Source of the DNA: Candidatus Enterousia sp.
GTDB taxonomy: Bacteria > Pseudomonadota > Alphaproteobacteria > Rs-D84
DNA length: 36,368 nt
Direction: 5' to 3'
Assembly: GCA_045648865.1 (NCBI GenBank)
Contig: JAZROU010000020.1
Coordinates: 1-36,368 of the forward strand
Numbering within the stretch: the stretch's first letter is position 1; every line of letters begins with the position of its first letter. Made by a program: the position numbers and the translations under genes. The notes beneath the pieces are model-generated. The model saw only the letters and a list, made by a program, of their open reading frames with translations. It was not told where the DNA came from and ran no database searches. Positions 8,718 through 17,620 of the stretch are shown here, one piece after another.

Positions 8718-9991
8718 TAAATTTTATAGCGCGATATTTTACATCCCTGTGGGCGTTTATTACATCGCCGTTTCGTGCCATATGGCGCGTGATAGTTCGT
8801 ATATTTCCGCCACGTGAGTTTACTGTGATGGATACGCCTCGCGGCAATGTATACACGTATGGGCAAAGCAGTTTTTGGCGTTTCACCCGTTTTTGTGGCA
8901 AGGTTGGATTGGTTCTGTGGGCTTCGTGGTCAACATACGTATTTGTTTATCATCGTCCCCTGTTGCAAAAGCGTACAGAACAATTGGAACAGGCACGTGC
9001 CACCCACACTCGCCACATGTCCGATTTGCAGACATATTTGACCAAGTACAATGATTTGGTCCGCGAATTAAACGTCATTGATGACAAGGTGTTAAACACA
9101 AAAAAACTTGACGATGCTGAACGCGAAAAATTAATGAATACGCGTATCAAGACATGGGGCGAACTGGACTTCCTGCGCACTCGCATTGTTGAAATGTTGC
9201 GTGACGAAGATTTTACACCAGAATATACCAAGTTGTCAGAGCTGTCTGCTGAGTATGAATTGACTCGCGCTGAAAACGAAGAATTAAAGCGTCGCAATTC
9301 ACAAATAGCAGAAATTATGGCCCAGATTGTAGATGCAGACAATATTATCGTTGATACCGTGTCTGCATTGACGAAAGAAAATACCGATGAATTGCAAAAG
9401 AATATAAAGCGCATAAATGGAACATTGGCATCACTGGGGTTGAATCAGACATCGCTGTTGCACAGTGCGAACAAATATAACAATCCGTTGGTTGGGTCTG
9501 CATTTACGCCGATTGAATTTGACAAAGAGCTGGATGCAAAGTATCAGAAATTGGCCGATGGTTTGGAACGTTGGAATGGATTGCGTCGTTTAAATGAAAT
9601 ATTGCCGTTGGGCAAACCTGTAAATTCACGCATTACATCACATTATGGAACGCGCAAAGATCCATTTACCGGCAAACCCAAGAAACATCGTGGGATTGAT
9701 TTTTCAGGAAAAATCGGCACAGAATTGATGGCGGTTGCACCTGGTCGTGTTGTATCCGCGGGTGAACGTGTTGGCTATGGAACGACGGTTGAAATTGATC
9801 ATGGCCTTGGATTCACGACATTATATGCACATTTATCTCAGATTTTGGTCAGTCGTGGCGATTGGGTTCGCCCTGGGACTGTTATTGGTTTGGCTGGGTC
9901 TTCTGGTCGTTCTACTGGTCCGCATTTACATTATGAAATTCGGTACAAGGGTACCCCATTTGATCCAACGAAATTTGTAAAGGATGAATAG
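8714..9991 (+). CDS. M23 family peptidoglycan endopeptidase with N-terminal TM and coiled coil
   Basis: C-terminal HRGID (HxxxD), YAHL and STGPHLHYE (HxH); hydrophobic segment followed by a long heptad region. Confidence 0.92.
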   Translation: MINFIARYFTSLWAFITSPFRAIWRVIVRIFPPREFTVMDTPRGNVYTYGQSSFWRFTRFCGKVGLVLWASWSTYVFVYHRPLLQKRTEQLEQARATHTRHMSDLQTYLTKYNDLVRELNVIDDKVLNTKKLDDAEREKLMNTRIKTWGELDFLRTRIVEMLRDEDFTPEYTKLSELSAEYELTRAENEELKRRNSQIAEIMAQIVDADNIIVDTVSALTKENTDELQKNIKRINGTLASLGLNQTSLLHSANKYNNPLVGSAFTPIEFDKELDAKYQKLADGLERWNGLRRLNEILPLGKPVNSRITSHYGTRKDPFTGKPKKHRGIDFSGKIGTELMAVAPGRVVSAGERVGYGTTVEIDHGLGFTTLYAHLSQILVSRGDWVRPGTVIGLAGSSGRSTGPHLHYEIRYKGTPFDPTKFVKDE

Positions 9992-9993
9992 AT

Positions 9994-10344
9994 ATGCTGG
10001 CATTTACTAATTCTACTGAAAAGCAATCGCCGACCGTTATTGGCGCGGGCTGCAAATTAACAGGCGACATCAAAACTGATCACAACGTTCAGATTCATGG
10101 CGAAGTTATTGGTAATATAACCGCAGAAACGGTCGTTATCGGACGTGGCGGACGCGTTGTTGGCGAAGTTAAAACGCCTGTTTTGTTTTTACACGGCGAG
10201 CTGGATGGCCCCGCAACTGTGAATACCGCGAATGTGTTCAGCGCCGCAAGAATGGTCGGTACATTGTCATACCGTACATTAAATATAACAGGAAACACAG
10301 GTTTAGAATGTAAATTACAAAAGCGCAAGGACAAGGAAAAATGA
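9994..10344 (+). CDS. Bactofilin (polymer-forming cytoskeletal protein, CcmA/BacA family)
   Basis: TVIGAGCKLTGDI..VQIHGEVIGNI..VVIGRGGRVVGEV beta-helix repeats; follows the M23 gene after a 2-nt gap. Confidence 0.88.
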   Translation: MLAFTNSTEKQSPTVIGAGCKLTGDIKTDHNVQIHGEVIGNITAETVVIGRGGRVVGEVKTPVLFLHGELDGPATVNTANVFSAARMVGTLSYRTLNITGNTGLECKLQKRKDKEK

Positions 10345-10787
10345 ATAAAACAGTATCCAAAGTATTTATTGCTGCCGATCATCGTGGGGTCGGTTTGAAA
10401 TTGTATTTAATTGAAATGTTATCCGCAGCGGGTTATAACGTTGTGAATCTGGGAACGGATAACCCTAATTCGGCGGTTGATTACCCGGATGTTGCCGCCA
10501 CATTAGCAGATGCCATGATGGATTTACCAGATTCGCGCGGTATAATAATTTGCGGGACTGGTGCGGGGGTTATGATTGCGGCAAATCGCTATCGTCACAT
10601 ACGCGCATCCCGTTGTGATACCCCAACCCAGGCGCGTGATGATCGTTTTCATGACGACACAAATGTTTTGGCATTGGCGGCCGATGACATTGATATCGAG
10701 GTGGCATTTCTCTGTGCCCAGACATTCTTGGAAAGTCCTTTTGATGCAGTCGAACGTCGCATTCGACGTGTTGAAAAAATATCATAA
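10341..10787 (+). CDS. rpiB: Ribose-5-phosphate isomerase B
   Basis: ADHRG, VDYPD, ICGTGAG..IAANR, NVLAL and C-terminal RRVEKI. Confidence 0.92.
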   Translation: MNKTVSKVFIAADHRGVGLKLYLIEMLSAAGYNVVNLGTDNPNSAVDYPDVAATLADAMMDLPDSRGIIICGTGAGVMIAANRYRHIRASRCDTPTQARDDRFHDDTNVLALAADDIDIEVAFLCAQTFLESPFDAVERRIRRVEKIS

Positions 10788-10814
10788 AAAATCCCCCAAA
10801 CGGGGATTTTTCTT
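10786..10814. terminator. Bidirectional intrinsic terminator
   Basis: AAAAATCCCC-CAAAC-GGGGATTTTT between convergent genes. Confidence 0.8.
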
Positions 10815-11401
10815 TATCTGGAACGATATTTTGACACTTCTATAAATATTACATGAACCTGTCTGCTTATATCGCGATTTTTTTTCTTGGCAGCAATCTT
10901 TTCTCGTTTTCTTTGGTTGGTAACAAAGTTCTTTGAGCGTTGCTCTTTGATAACCTGTTTGGCTGCCTGGCGTAATTCTACCCCACGAACATAAGAGCTA
11001 TTATCGTACAATGCATCTGTAAATATTTTTGTCGCATCTGAAAATGTACGATGCGGCGCATTTACAGCCCATCCAGATAAATATACTGCCATTCTATTTG
11101 TCAGGGCTCTCAGGAAACGCAGATTTGTCATATTTGAATCCCCGTTATCTAACAGGCGAATGTATGTTTTTGTTTTTTCTATTATAAACTGTTCCATTTC
11201 GTTGGACCACGCAAAACAAACGCGCCATAGCATCTGTTGGTCTCTAAGGGGGCGTACTCTTCCCATATTGTCTGTCAATGCCTGATTTTTCCCAATGCCA
11301 TATTTTTTGTATATTTCTTCGGATATCCACACACTGTATTCCGCTGTCAATCTGTCTGCCAGTGTTTGTCCGTTGCTGTCTTTTCTGTTGTTATGTGACA
11401 T
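10814..11401 (-). CDS. Hypothetical basic helical protein
   Basis: 195-aa ORF. The track start at 11401 is GTG-like in the translation (MSHNN); SD GGAG lies upstream. No family recognised; K/R-rich C-terminus. Confidence 0.7.
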   Translation of the reverse strand: MSHNNRKDSNGQTLADRLTAEYSVWISEEIYKKYGIGKNQALTDNMGRVRPLRDQQMLWRVCFAWSNEMEQFIIEKTKTYIRLLDNGDSNMTNLRFLRALTNRMAVYLSGWAVNAPHRTFSDATKIFTDALYDNSSYVRGVELRQAAKQVIKEQRSKNFVTNQRKREKIAAKKKNRDISRQVHVIFIEVSKYRSR

Positions 11402-11466
11402 AACTATCTCCTATTTTCAATACGAAGAATATAGTCCAAAAAAACAAATTGTCAACAGGTTTGGTG

Positions 11467-12213
11467 CTATTTTTTTGTCTTTTTCTTTTGAATAACGTGA
11501 TATTCCAGTTGTATCGCTGTTCCAATTCCAGATTTGTGCATTTTTTTTGAAAATGCTGTGCAGTTATGGAATTCTGTTTCCAATGTACCCCATCCTGAAT
11601 ATTCCCAATCAATCAATCCGACAATATCCATTGTTTTTTTGTCTACGATTATATTATTACAAATATCATTATGATTCCAACCGTCACCATCGCCATTTTT
11701 CAAATCAGCAATCTCAGCAGGGTCTGCGTTATGCATTGCATCAATAAACATAGCCAGTTGTTTGCCCCATCGCCATCCATTTTCTGTGATTGTTCGCAAC
11801 GACATACGGTTTAAATTTTTCCCGGGGATAAAATCATACTTATAGAACGTAAAACCACGTGATTTAATAATATCTATCCGTGGTATGCGCAACGGTACAA
11901 TTGGTCCAAACGCGTCTGTTATACGTTTTTCGCGCATGATTTTATCAACAGGTATCTGTTTGTCATAGTATTTTCGAATTTTGCAAACGTATTTATTGTT
12001 GACAATGAATCCGATATTCCATCCCCCCTTGATAACGCGGATATGCTTAAATTCGTCGCGGGGCAGGGCATGTTTCAGTGCATTAAATTTTTTGCGATAA
12101 TCATACAGTTCATTACAACGAATTTTTTCGCGCAACCTTCTGTATGGTATAAAACCGGCCAAGAAATCACAAATCTCAAAATACAAACGCCACATATTTA
12201 TCTGTACCCCCAT
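11467..12213 (-). CDS. Phosphotransferase of the APH/choline-kinase-like fold
   Basis: GGWNIGF loop, VCK lysine, Brenner-like HNDICNNII and LIDWEYSG. Confidence 0.8.
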   Translation of the reverse strand: MGVQINMWRLYFEICDFLAGFIPYRRLREKIRCNELYDYRKKFNALKHALPRDEFKHIRVIKGGWNIGFIVNNKYVCKIRKYYDKQIPVDKIMREKRITDAFGPIVPLRIPRIDIIKSRGFTFYKYDFIPGKNLNRMSLRTITENGWRWGKQLAMFIDAMHNADPAEIADLKNGDGDGWNHNDICNNIIVDKKTMDIVGLIDWEYSGWGTLETEFHNCTAFSKKMHKSGIGTAIQLEYHVIQKKKTKK

Positions 12214-12270
12214 GAAATTTATGCTACAAATGGTATTGAAAAAAAAGAAAAAAACAAGTATTTTATATGT

Positions 12271-14463
12271 ATGTTTAAATCTGGCACAGTTGTTAAAATC
12301 TTGATATCAAACATTCCGAACGCTGGTTATGATTATCGTCTGACCACGCCGGCAGATATTGGGACATTCGTGTCTGTTCGTGTTATGAACCGTTTGTGCA
12401 TTGGCGTTGTCTGGGGGGTGGGGGACAGTAATTTACCCGCTGAAAAAATTCGTGATGTATCGATTGTCCATGATGCGCGGCTGCCCATTACAGACCTGCA
12501 ATGGATAAAGCGTATGTCTGATTGGACATTGATTCCGCTTGGGATGGTCCTGCGTTTGATTATTAATATTCCTGATGCATTTTCGCCACCACGCATGGAA
12601 CCGCTGTTTTCGTTTGATTTTGCAAATGATGCCCGCATGACGCAAAACCGCATGTCGGTAATGGACGCATTTTCATCGAACGATAACGAACCTATGACCG
12701 TATCTGATATCCAGAACATTTCACGTGTTTCATCTGCGGTTATTCGAACAATGATAAAGCAGGGCCTGTTATTTCCCGCGGGTGAACAGCAAAAAATGCG
12801 GCAATTTGAACCGTTGTTGTACCGTGATTCTGGACATGTTGTACTGAATTCGGAACAACAGACCGCCGCGGATAAAATTGGTGCGGCCATTAATAACGGC
12901 GGCTTTTCGGTTTATTTACTAGACGGCATAACCGGCAGTGGCAAAACCCAGGTATATTTTGATTCTGCCTGGCGTGCATATCAGAATGGAAAATCTGTAT
13001 TATTAATGATGCCTGAAATTGCCTTGACGGCCCAGTTTATGTCACGTTTTGAATCCAGATTTGGCGCCCCCCCCACCATATGGCACAGTAATTTAACCGC
13101 TGCGCGTCGTCGTGAAATATGGCGGGGCGTTTTAACACAAAAGATAAAAATAGTCGTCGGTACACGCAGTGCATTATTCCTGCCATGGCAAGATTTGGGT
13201 TTAATCGTTATTGACGAAGAACATGACACATCATACAAACAGGAAGATATGGGAAATTATCATGCGCGCGACATGGCGATATTGCGCGCTAAAATCGCGG
13301 GTATCCCTGTTGTATTGGCCAGTGCGACCCCCGCCGCAGAAACAATTGAAAATGTAAACCTGGGTAAATATACGCGTTTGCGTTTGTCGTCGCGATTTGG
13401 GGGTGCACAATTGCCAGATGTCAAGACAATTGATTTACGCGAAAATCGTCCAACGACATATAAAATTAACGATGCTGAACAGACTGGATTTTTATCTGTC
13501 CCATTGTGTGACGCGATATCAGAAACACTTGCCACGGGACATCAGGCAATGTTGTTTATAAATCGTCGCGGATTTGCCCCAATTGTCCAATGTAAAAAAT
13601 GTGGTTGGACGGCGACCTGTTCTGAATGCAGTGTTGGCATGACATATCATAAACGTATTGGAAAATTGTTGTGTCATATGTGTGGTCGAACGGCACCTCT
13701 GGCCCAGGTTTGTCCTGATTGTGGTTCTGATGTATCTATGCGTGGCGTCGGGCTTGAAAAAATTCAAGAAGAAGTGGCCGCGCGTTTCCCCAGTGCACGC
13801 ACAGCCCTGGTGTCCAGTGACATTATAACATCGCGCCAGGCATTAGAACGTTTGGTTCACAAAATGGAAACCGGGGAAATAGATATCGTTATTGGTACAC
13901 AAATATTGGCCAAGGGCCATCATTTTCCAAACCTGACATTGGTTGGTGTTGTTGATGCCGACATGGGACTGTTTGGGACAGATTTCAGGGCGGCGGAACA
14001 TACATTTCAACAGCTGTTCCAGGTCGCTGGCCGTGCCGGTCGTGGTTCTGCGCCTGGACATGTTTTATTACAGACGTACCAGCCGGAACATCCTGTTATA
14101 TCGGCAATATGTGCCGGGAATCGTGATGATTTCATGGCGTCTGACATGGCTGGACGTCGTGCTGCGCACATGCCCCCATATGGTCAATTAATCGCCGTTA
14201 TTGTCGAAGGTGAACGCGAATCCACCCTTCAAAAATATTGTTCTGATTTGTCGGCGGCTGCACCTGCATTAACTGGCGCCAAAATAATGGGACCGATTGC
14301 TGCGCAAATATACCAGATTCGCAATTGGTACCGCATGCGTTTTTTGATTGCCGGTCCCCAGAATGCCGCATTGCAGCCTGTTGTGTCGCGTTGGTTGGGC
14401 AAAGTGAAACAGCCTGCAAACATTCGTGTTAAAATTGATGTAAATCCAATGAACTTTATGTAA
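12271..14463 (+). CDS. priA: Primosomal protein N' (replication restart helicase)
   Basis: GITGSGKT, DEEHD, LASATP, four CxxC pairs, GTQILAKGHHFP and QVAGRAGR. Start at MFKSG (12271) avoids overlap with the divergent kinase. Confidence 0.96.
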   Translation: MFKSGTVVKILISNIPNAGYDYRLTTPADIGTFVSVRVMNRLCIGVVWGVGDSNLPAEKIRDVSIVHDARLPITDLQWIKRMSDWTLIPLGMVLRLIINIPDAFSPPRMEPLFSFDFANDARMTQNRMSVMDAFSSNDNEPMTVSDIQNISRVSSAVIRTMIKQGLLFPAGEQQKMRQFEPLLYRDSGHVVLNSEQQTAADKIGAAINNGGFSVYLLDGITGSGKTQVYFDSAWRAYQNGKSVLLMMPEIALTAQFMSRFESRFGAPPTIWHSNLTAARRREIWRGVLTQKIKIVVGTRSALFLPWQDLGLIVIDEEHDTSYKQEDMGNYHARDMAILRAKIAGIPVVLASATPAAETIENVNLGKYTRLRLSSRFGGAQLPDVKTIDLRENRPTTYKINDAEQTGFLSVPLCDAISETLATGHQAMLFINRRGFAPIVQCKKCGWTATCSECSVGMTYHKRIGKLLCHMCGRTAPLAQVCPDCGSDVSMRGVGLEKIQEEVAARFPSARTALVSSDIITSRQALERLVHKMETGEIDIVIGTQILAKGHHFPNLTLVGVVDADMGLFGTDFRAAEHTFQQLFQVAGRAGRGSAPGHVLLQTYQPEHPVISAICAGNRDDFMASDMAGRRAAHMPPYGQLIAVIVEGERESTLQKYCSDLSAAAPALTGAKIMGPIAAQIYQIRNWYRMRFLIAGPQNAALQPVVSRWLGKVKQPANIRVKIDVNPMNFM

Positions 14464-14490
14464 AAAATCCCGCGTGCGCGGGATTTTTTT
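14462..14490. terminator. Bidirectional intrinsic terminator (priA/rne)
   Basis: AAAAAATCCCGCG-TG-CGCGGGATTTTTT inverted repeat (the loop widens to GTGC). Confidence 0.85.
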
Positions 14491-16282
14491 AGCTGACCAA
14501 CTTTTGCCAGAATGTTTTTTTCTTTTGCGCTTTCTTGCGCTTGCGCCGTTGTGCATTCACAGTCGTCTTTTTTGCGTCAACATGTTGTGCGTTTTTACGC
14601 TTTACATCTGTTGATGGTGCATACGCATTCAACAAATCTTCTGTTTTATTTTGTTCGGGCGCAACACGTTGAATAGAATACTGATCTATATTCATCAAAC
14701 TGTCATCGCCAACGATAACAATTTCTGTTTCGAACTTTGATTCCATTTCAGCCAATTCTGCGCGTTTATGATTCAGCAGATACACTGCAACATCCGTTGG
14801 TACGGTCATGATGATTTTCTGTGCGGCCTTTGCCAACAATTTTTCTTGCAAATGCCGGAACAGAATAACCGCAGCGGTCTGTATTGATGGCACAACACCT
14901 GCGCCCATACAGTGCGGACATGGAACATACGAAGATTCCATAAAGCTGCTGCGTAAACGTTGGCGCGATAACATCAGTACACCAAAATTATTAATCTTGG
15001 CAACCTGTGTGCGCGCGCGATCACGTTTCATAACCTCGCGCATTTTCAGTTCCAGTTTGCGGTTGTTTTTTTCTTCTTCCATATCGATAAAGTCAACTGC
15101 GACAATCCCCGCCAAATCGCGCAGGCGCAATTGTAATGCGATTTCTTCGGCCGCTTCCAAATTCGTGTTCAGCGCTGTTTGTTCGATATCTTTTTCTTTA
15201 ATCGCCCTGGACGAGTTTACGTCAATCGTCACCATTGCCTCTGTCTGATTGATAACCAGCGAACCACCCGATGGCAACGAAACGTATGGCCCGTGCAGCC
15301 CTTCCAGTTGTTTTTCAACCCCGGCTTTGACCATTAATGGCACGCCCGCATCCTTGTAATGGACCAGCTGTTTGCGTGGTGCCTTGCCATACATTTGCAC
15401 AAAATATTGTTTTGCTGCATCGTATGCTTCTTCGCCCTGGATAATCAGAACATCATCTTTATCGCTCAAGAAATCACGAACAACACGGCGCAGCAAAGAA
15501 TCTTCTGTGTGAATGGTGACCGGTGCAACAGACGCCAAAGTATTTTTTCTGATTTCATTCCATAAATTCACCAGGTAATCATAGTCCGCTGCAATATCCG
15601 CCGGCGTGGCCCCCATTGCTGCTGTGCGCAAAACGACGGTCATACCCTTTGGGATTTTCAGGCCATGCAAAACCTCGCGCAGACGTGCGCGTTCCGCCTT
15701 GTCAGAAATTTTCTTGGAAATACCATAGCTGTTTCTTTTGCGTGAATTTGGCATCAAAACCGCAAAACGTCCCGCCAACGACAGGTACGTCGTCATTGAT
15801 GCGCCCTTTTGTCCGCGTTCTTCTTTTACACCCTGGACCAATAAAATCTGTTTTGGTTTGATAACGTCTTGAATCTTGAATTCACGTGCACGTTTTGCAA
15901 ATTCTTTATTATCTTCGCCGGCGCTGTGATCGTCATATTCTGCGACTTCGTCTTCTTCGTCATTTGGATCATCGTCATCATCAACGATATTTGCATGCGC
16001 CAATTCCAACAGTTTCTTTTTCTGTTCTGGCGTCACCTGATAATAGTCCGGATGAATTTCAGAAAACGGCAAAAATCCATTTTTACCTGTTCCATAATCT
16101 ACGAACGCAGCCTGTAACGATGGTTCAACCCGAATAACCTTTGCCAGGTATATATTACCCTTTATCTGTGGTTTAGTTGTTGTTTCAACGTCAAAGTCTG
16201 ACACGCGATTTGTTGCTGGATCAACAACAACAACACGCGTTTCCTCCGGGTGGACTGCATCCACATATATTTTTTTTGACAT
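14489..16282 (-). CDS. rne: Ribonuclease E (Rne/Rng family), compact
   Basis: HPEETRVVV, GNIYLAKV..VEPSLQAAFVDYG, GFLPFSEIHPDYY, acidic S1 insert, IDVNS, DFIDM and Zn-link CPHC. Start MSKKIY (16282) with SD AAGGA. Confidence 0.94.
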   Translation of the reverse strand: MSKKIYVDAVHPEETRVVVVDPATNRVSDFDVETTTKPQIKGNIYLAKVIRVEPSLQAAFVDYGTGKNGFLPFSEIHPDYYQVTPEQKKKLLELAHANIVDDDDDPNDEEDEVAEYDDHSAGEDNKEFAKRAREFKIQDVIKPKQILLVQGVKEERGQKGASMTTYLSLAGRFAVLMPNSRKRNSYGISKKISDKAERARLREVLHGLKIPKGMTVVLRTAAMGATPADIAADYDYLVNLWNEIRKNTLASVAPVTIHTEDSLLRRVVRDFLSDKDDVLIIQGEEAYDAAKQYFVQMYGKAPRKQLVHYKDAGVPLMVKAGVEKQLEGLHGPYVSLPSGGSLVINQTEAMVTIDVNSSRAIKEKDIEQTALNTNLEAAEEIALQLRLRDLAGIVAVDFIDMEEEKNNRKLELKMREVMKRDRARTQVAKINNFGVLMLSRQRLRSSFMESSYVPCPHCMGAGVVPSIQTAAVILFRHLQEKLLAKAAQKIIMTVPTDVAVYLLNHKRAELAEMESKFETEIVIVGDDSLMNIDQYSIQRVAPEQNKTEDLLNAYAPSTDVKRKNAQHVDAKKTTVNAQRRKRKKAQKKKTFWQKLVS

Positions 16283-16304
16283 TTTGTAATCCTTTTGTTT
16301 TGGC

Positions 16305-16418
16305 GTTGTATGCAATGGCGACAACCCGTCCCCGTGGGGCGTCCCAGCCCATGCCAAGGGATTGCGCCACGATAACCATCAGCGCCATTCGAATTGTTGA
16401 AAACAGTGACAATACAAA
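16305..16418 (-). promoter_or_regulatory. Structured 5' leader of rne (candidate cis-regulatory RNA)
   Basis: Nested complementary segments (16306-11 with 16412-17; 16314-20 with 16383-89) enclose a GC-rich core. A TATAAT box (- strand, 16424-16429) lies just upstream. Confidence 0.55.
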
Positions 16419-16487
16419 CACTTATTATATTCCCATGTCATACACTTGGCATATTCTAACATGGCGATATATAGCTTGGCAAGGTAT

Positions 16488-17510
16488 TTATTTTCTAATT
16501 TTTATTTCTGATTTTATGCTTTTGATTTTGGCAGGAATTTTTTCTTTTGCTTCATTTAGCCATTTTTTCATGCGCGACCGCAGCCATCTTTCGTAAATAA
16601 AGAACAAACTGCCCATACCAATTAATGGCAAAACATAATAGATTATGCGATATGCCATCAATGCCCCGAAAATACTTGCTTTATCCACAGTATCAGGCAG
16701 GGCAACCAAGAACACTGTCTCAAAAACACCGATTCCGCCCGGCACCTGGCTGAAAACACCCGTTGATTGTGCGATTGCGAACAGTCCGATAAATACAATA
16801 AACGGTATATCTACAAATGGTATTAGACAACAATACAGCACCAGACCAGCCAAAACACTGTCGGTTATACCCAGTATCGTCTGTGTAAAAGCCATTTTTA
16901 CTGATGGTATTTGGAATTTTATTTGCCCTATTTTTATACTTTTCTTGTGAAAAAACATAGCGGTTGCAAAATACACCAACATCGTCACCAGGCAAAATAT
17001 AAACAGCATATTTATCCCGACATTTGCGCCAATAGAATTACTAAACAATTCGTGTGGTACCAAGAAATAGCTAATAATTACAATTGCCGCGGCGCCCAAA
17101 AAGTATGTAAAACCTGAAATTGTCAGCATTTTTAAAATGTCACCACCCCGGATACGCCATCTGGTATACAGTCTGTACCGAATTGCGCCACCGCTGACAA
17201 CGGCGTGTCCTGCGTTATTGCTGATTGCGAACCCCAGCATCCCCGCCAGCATCCATTTCCACCATGAAACCTTGCCACCGACATAGTTCAATGCCAAAAA
17301 GTCGTATAAAGATAGTGCCAGATACCCCAGCATGCATGCAACACATGCCGCCACCAGATTGACAAACGGTATGTCTAATAACGCATGTGCGATATCCCCC
17401 AGACTATAATTACGCAACTGCCACCACAGCATCCCCGCGGCTAAAATAAAAAAGAAAATACCTGAATAACTAATAATTTTTTTTATCAGGCGTTTTGCCT
17501 TAGCTGACAT
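16488..17510 (-). CDS. Lysylphosphatidylglycerol synthase TM / MprF flippase-like domain protein (UPF0104)
   Basis: GYLALSLYD, SGGAIRYRLY, SQVPGGIGVFE and AYRIIYYVLPL; no cytoplasmic synthase domain. Confidence 0.85.
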   Translation of the reverse strand: MSAKAKRLIKKIISYSGIFFFILAAGMLWWQLRNYSLGDIAHALLDIPFVNLVAACVACMLGYLALSLYDFLALNYVGGKVSWWKWMLAGMLGFAISNNAGHAVVSGGAIRYRLYTRWRIRGGDILKMLTISGFTYFLGAAAIVIISYFLVPHELFSNSIGANVGINMLFIFCLVTMLVYFATAMFFHKKSIKIGQIKFQIPSVKMAFTQTILGITDSVLAGLVLYCCLIPFVDIPFIVFIGLFAIAQSTGVFSQVPGGIGVFETVFLVALPDTVDKASIFGALMAYRIIYYVLPLIGMGSLFFIYERWLRSRMKKWLNEAKEKIPAKIKSIKSEIKIRK

Positions 17511-17593
17511 AAAAATCCTTTTTCACAATCACCAGGATAACAATATTACAGAAAAAAGCAACCATCAAAAGATAAAAGTCTTATAATTGCACA

Positions 17594-17618
17594 TAAAAAA
17601 CCCGCCAATCGGCGGGGT
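17594..17618 (-). terminator. Intrinsic terminator after the repeat-protein gene
   Basis: Minus strand CCCGCC-GATT-GGCGGG followed by a T tract. Confidence 0.75.
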
Positions 17619-17620
17619 GT

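Noticed and set aside
12043-12270. N-terminal extensions in the ORF track for priA, PBP (to 33124), rimI (to 25771), lpxB (to 6189) and rne (to 16357)
   Set aside because: They overlap neighbouring genes or leaders, precede the conserved N-termini, and better starts exist downstream.
16305-16418. GC-rich intergenic segment as a tRNA or SRP RNA
   Set aside because: No TTCGA T-loop within a cloverleaf and no SRP GGAA-loop helix; position and promoter fit an rne leader better.
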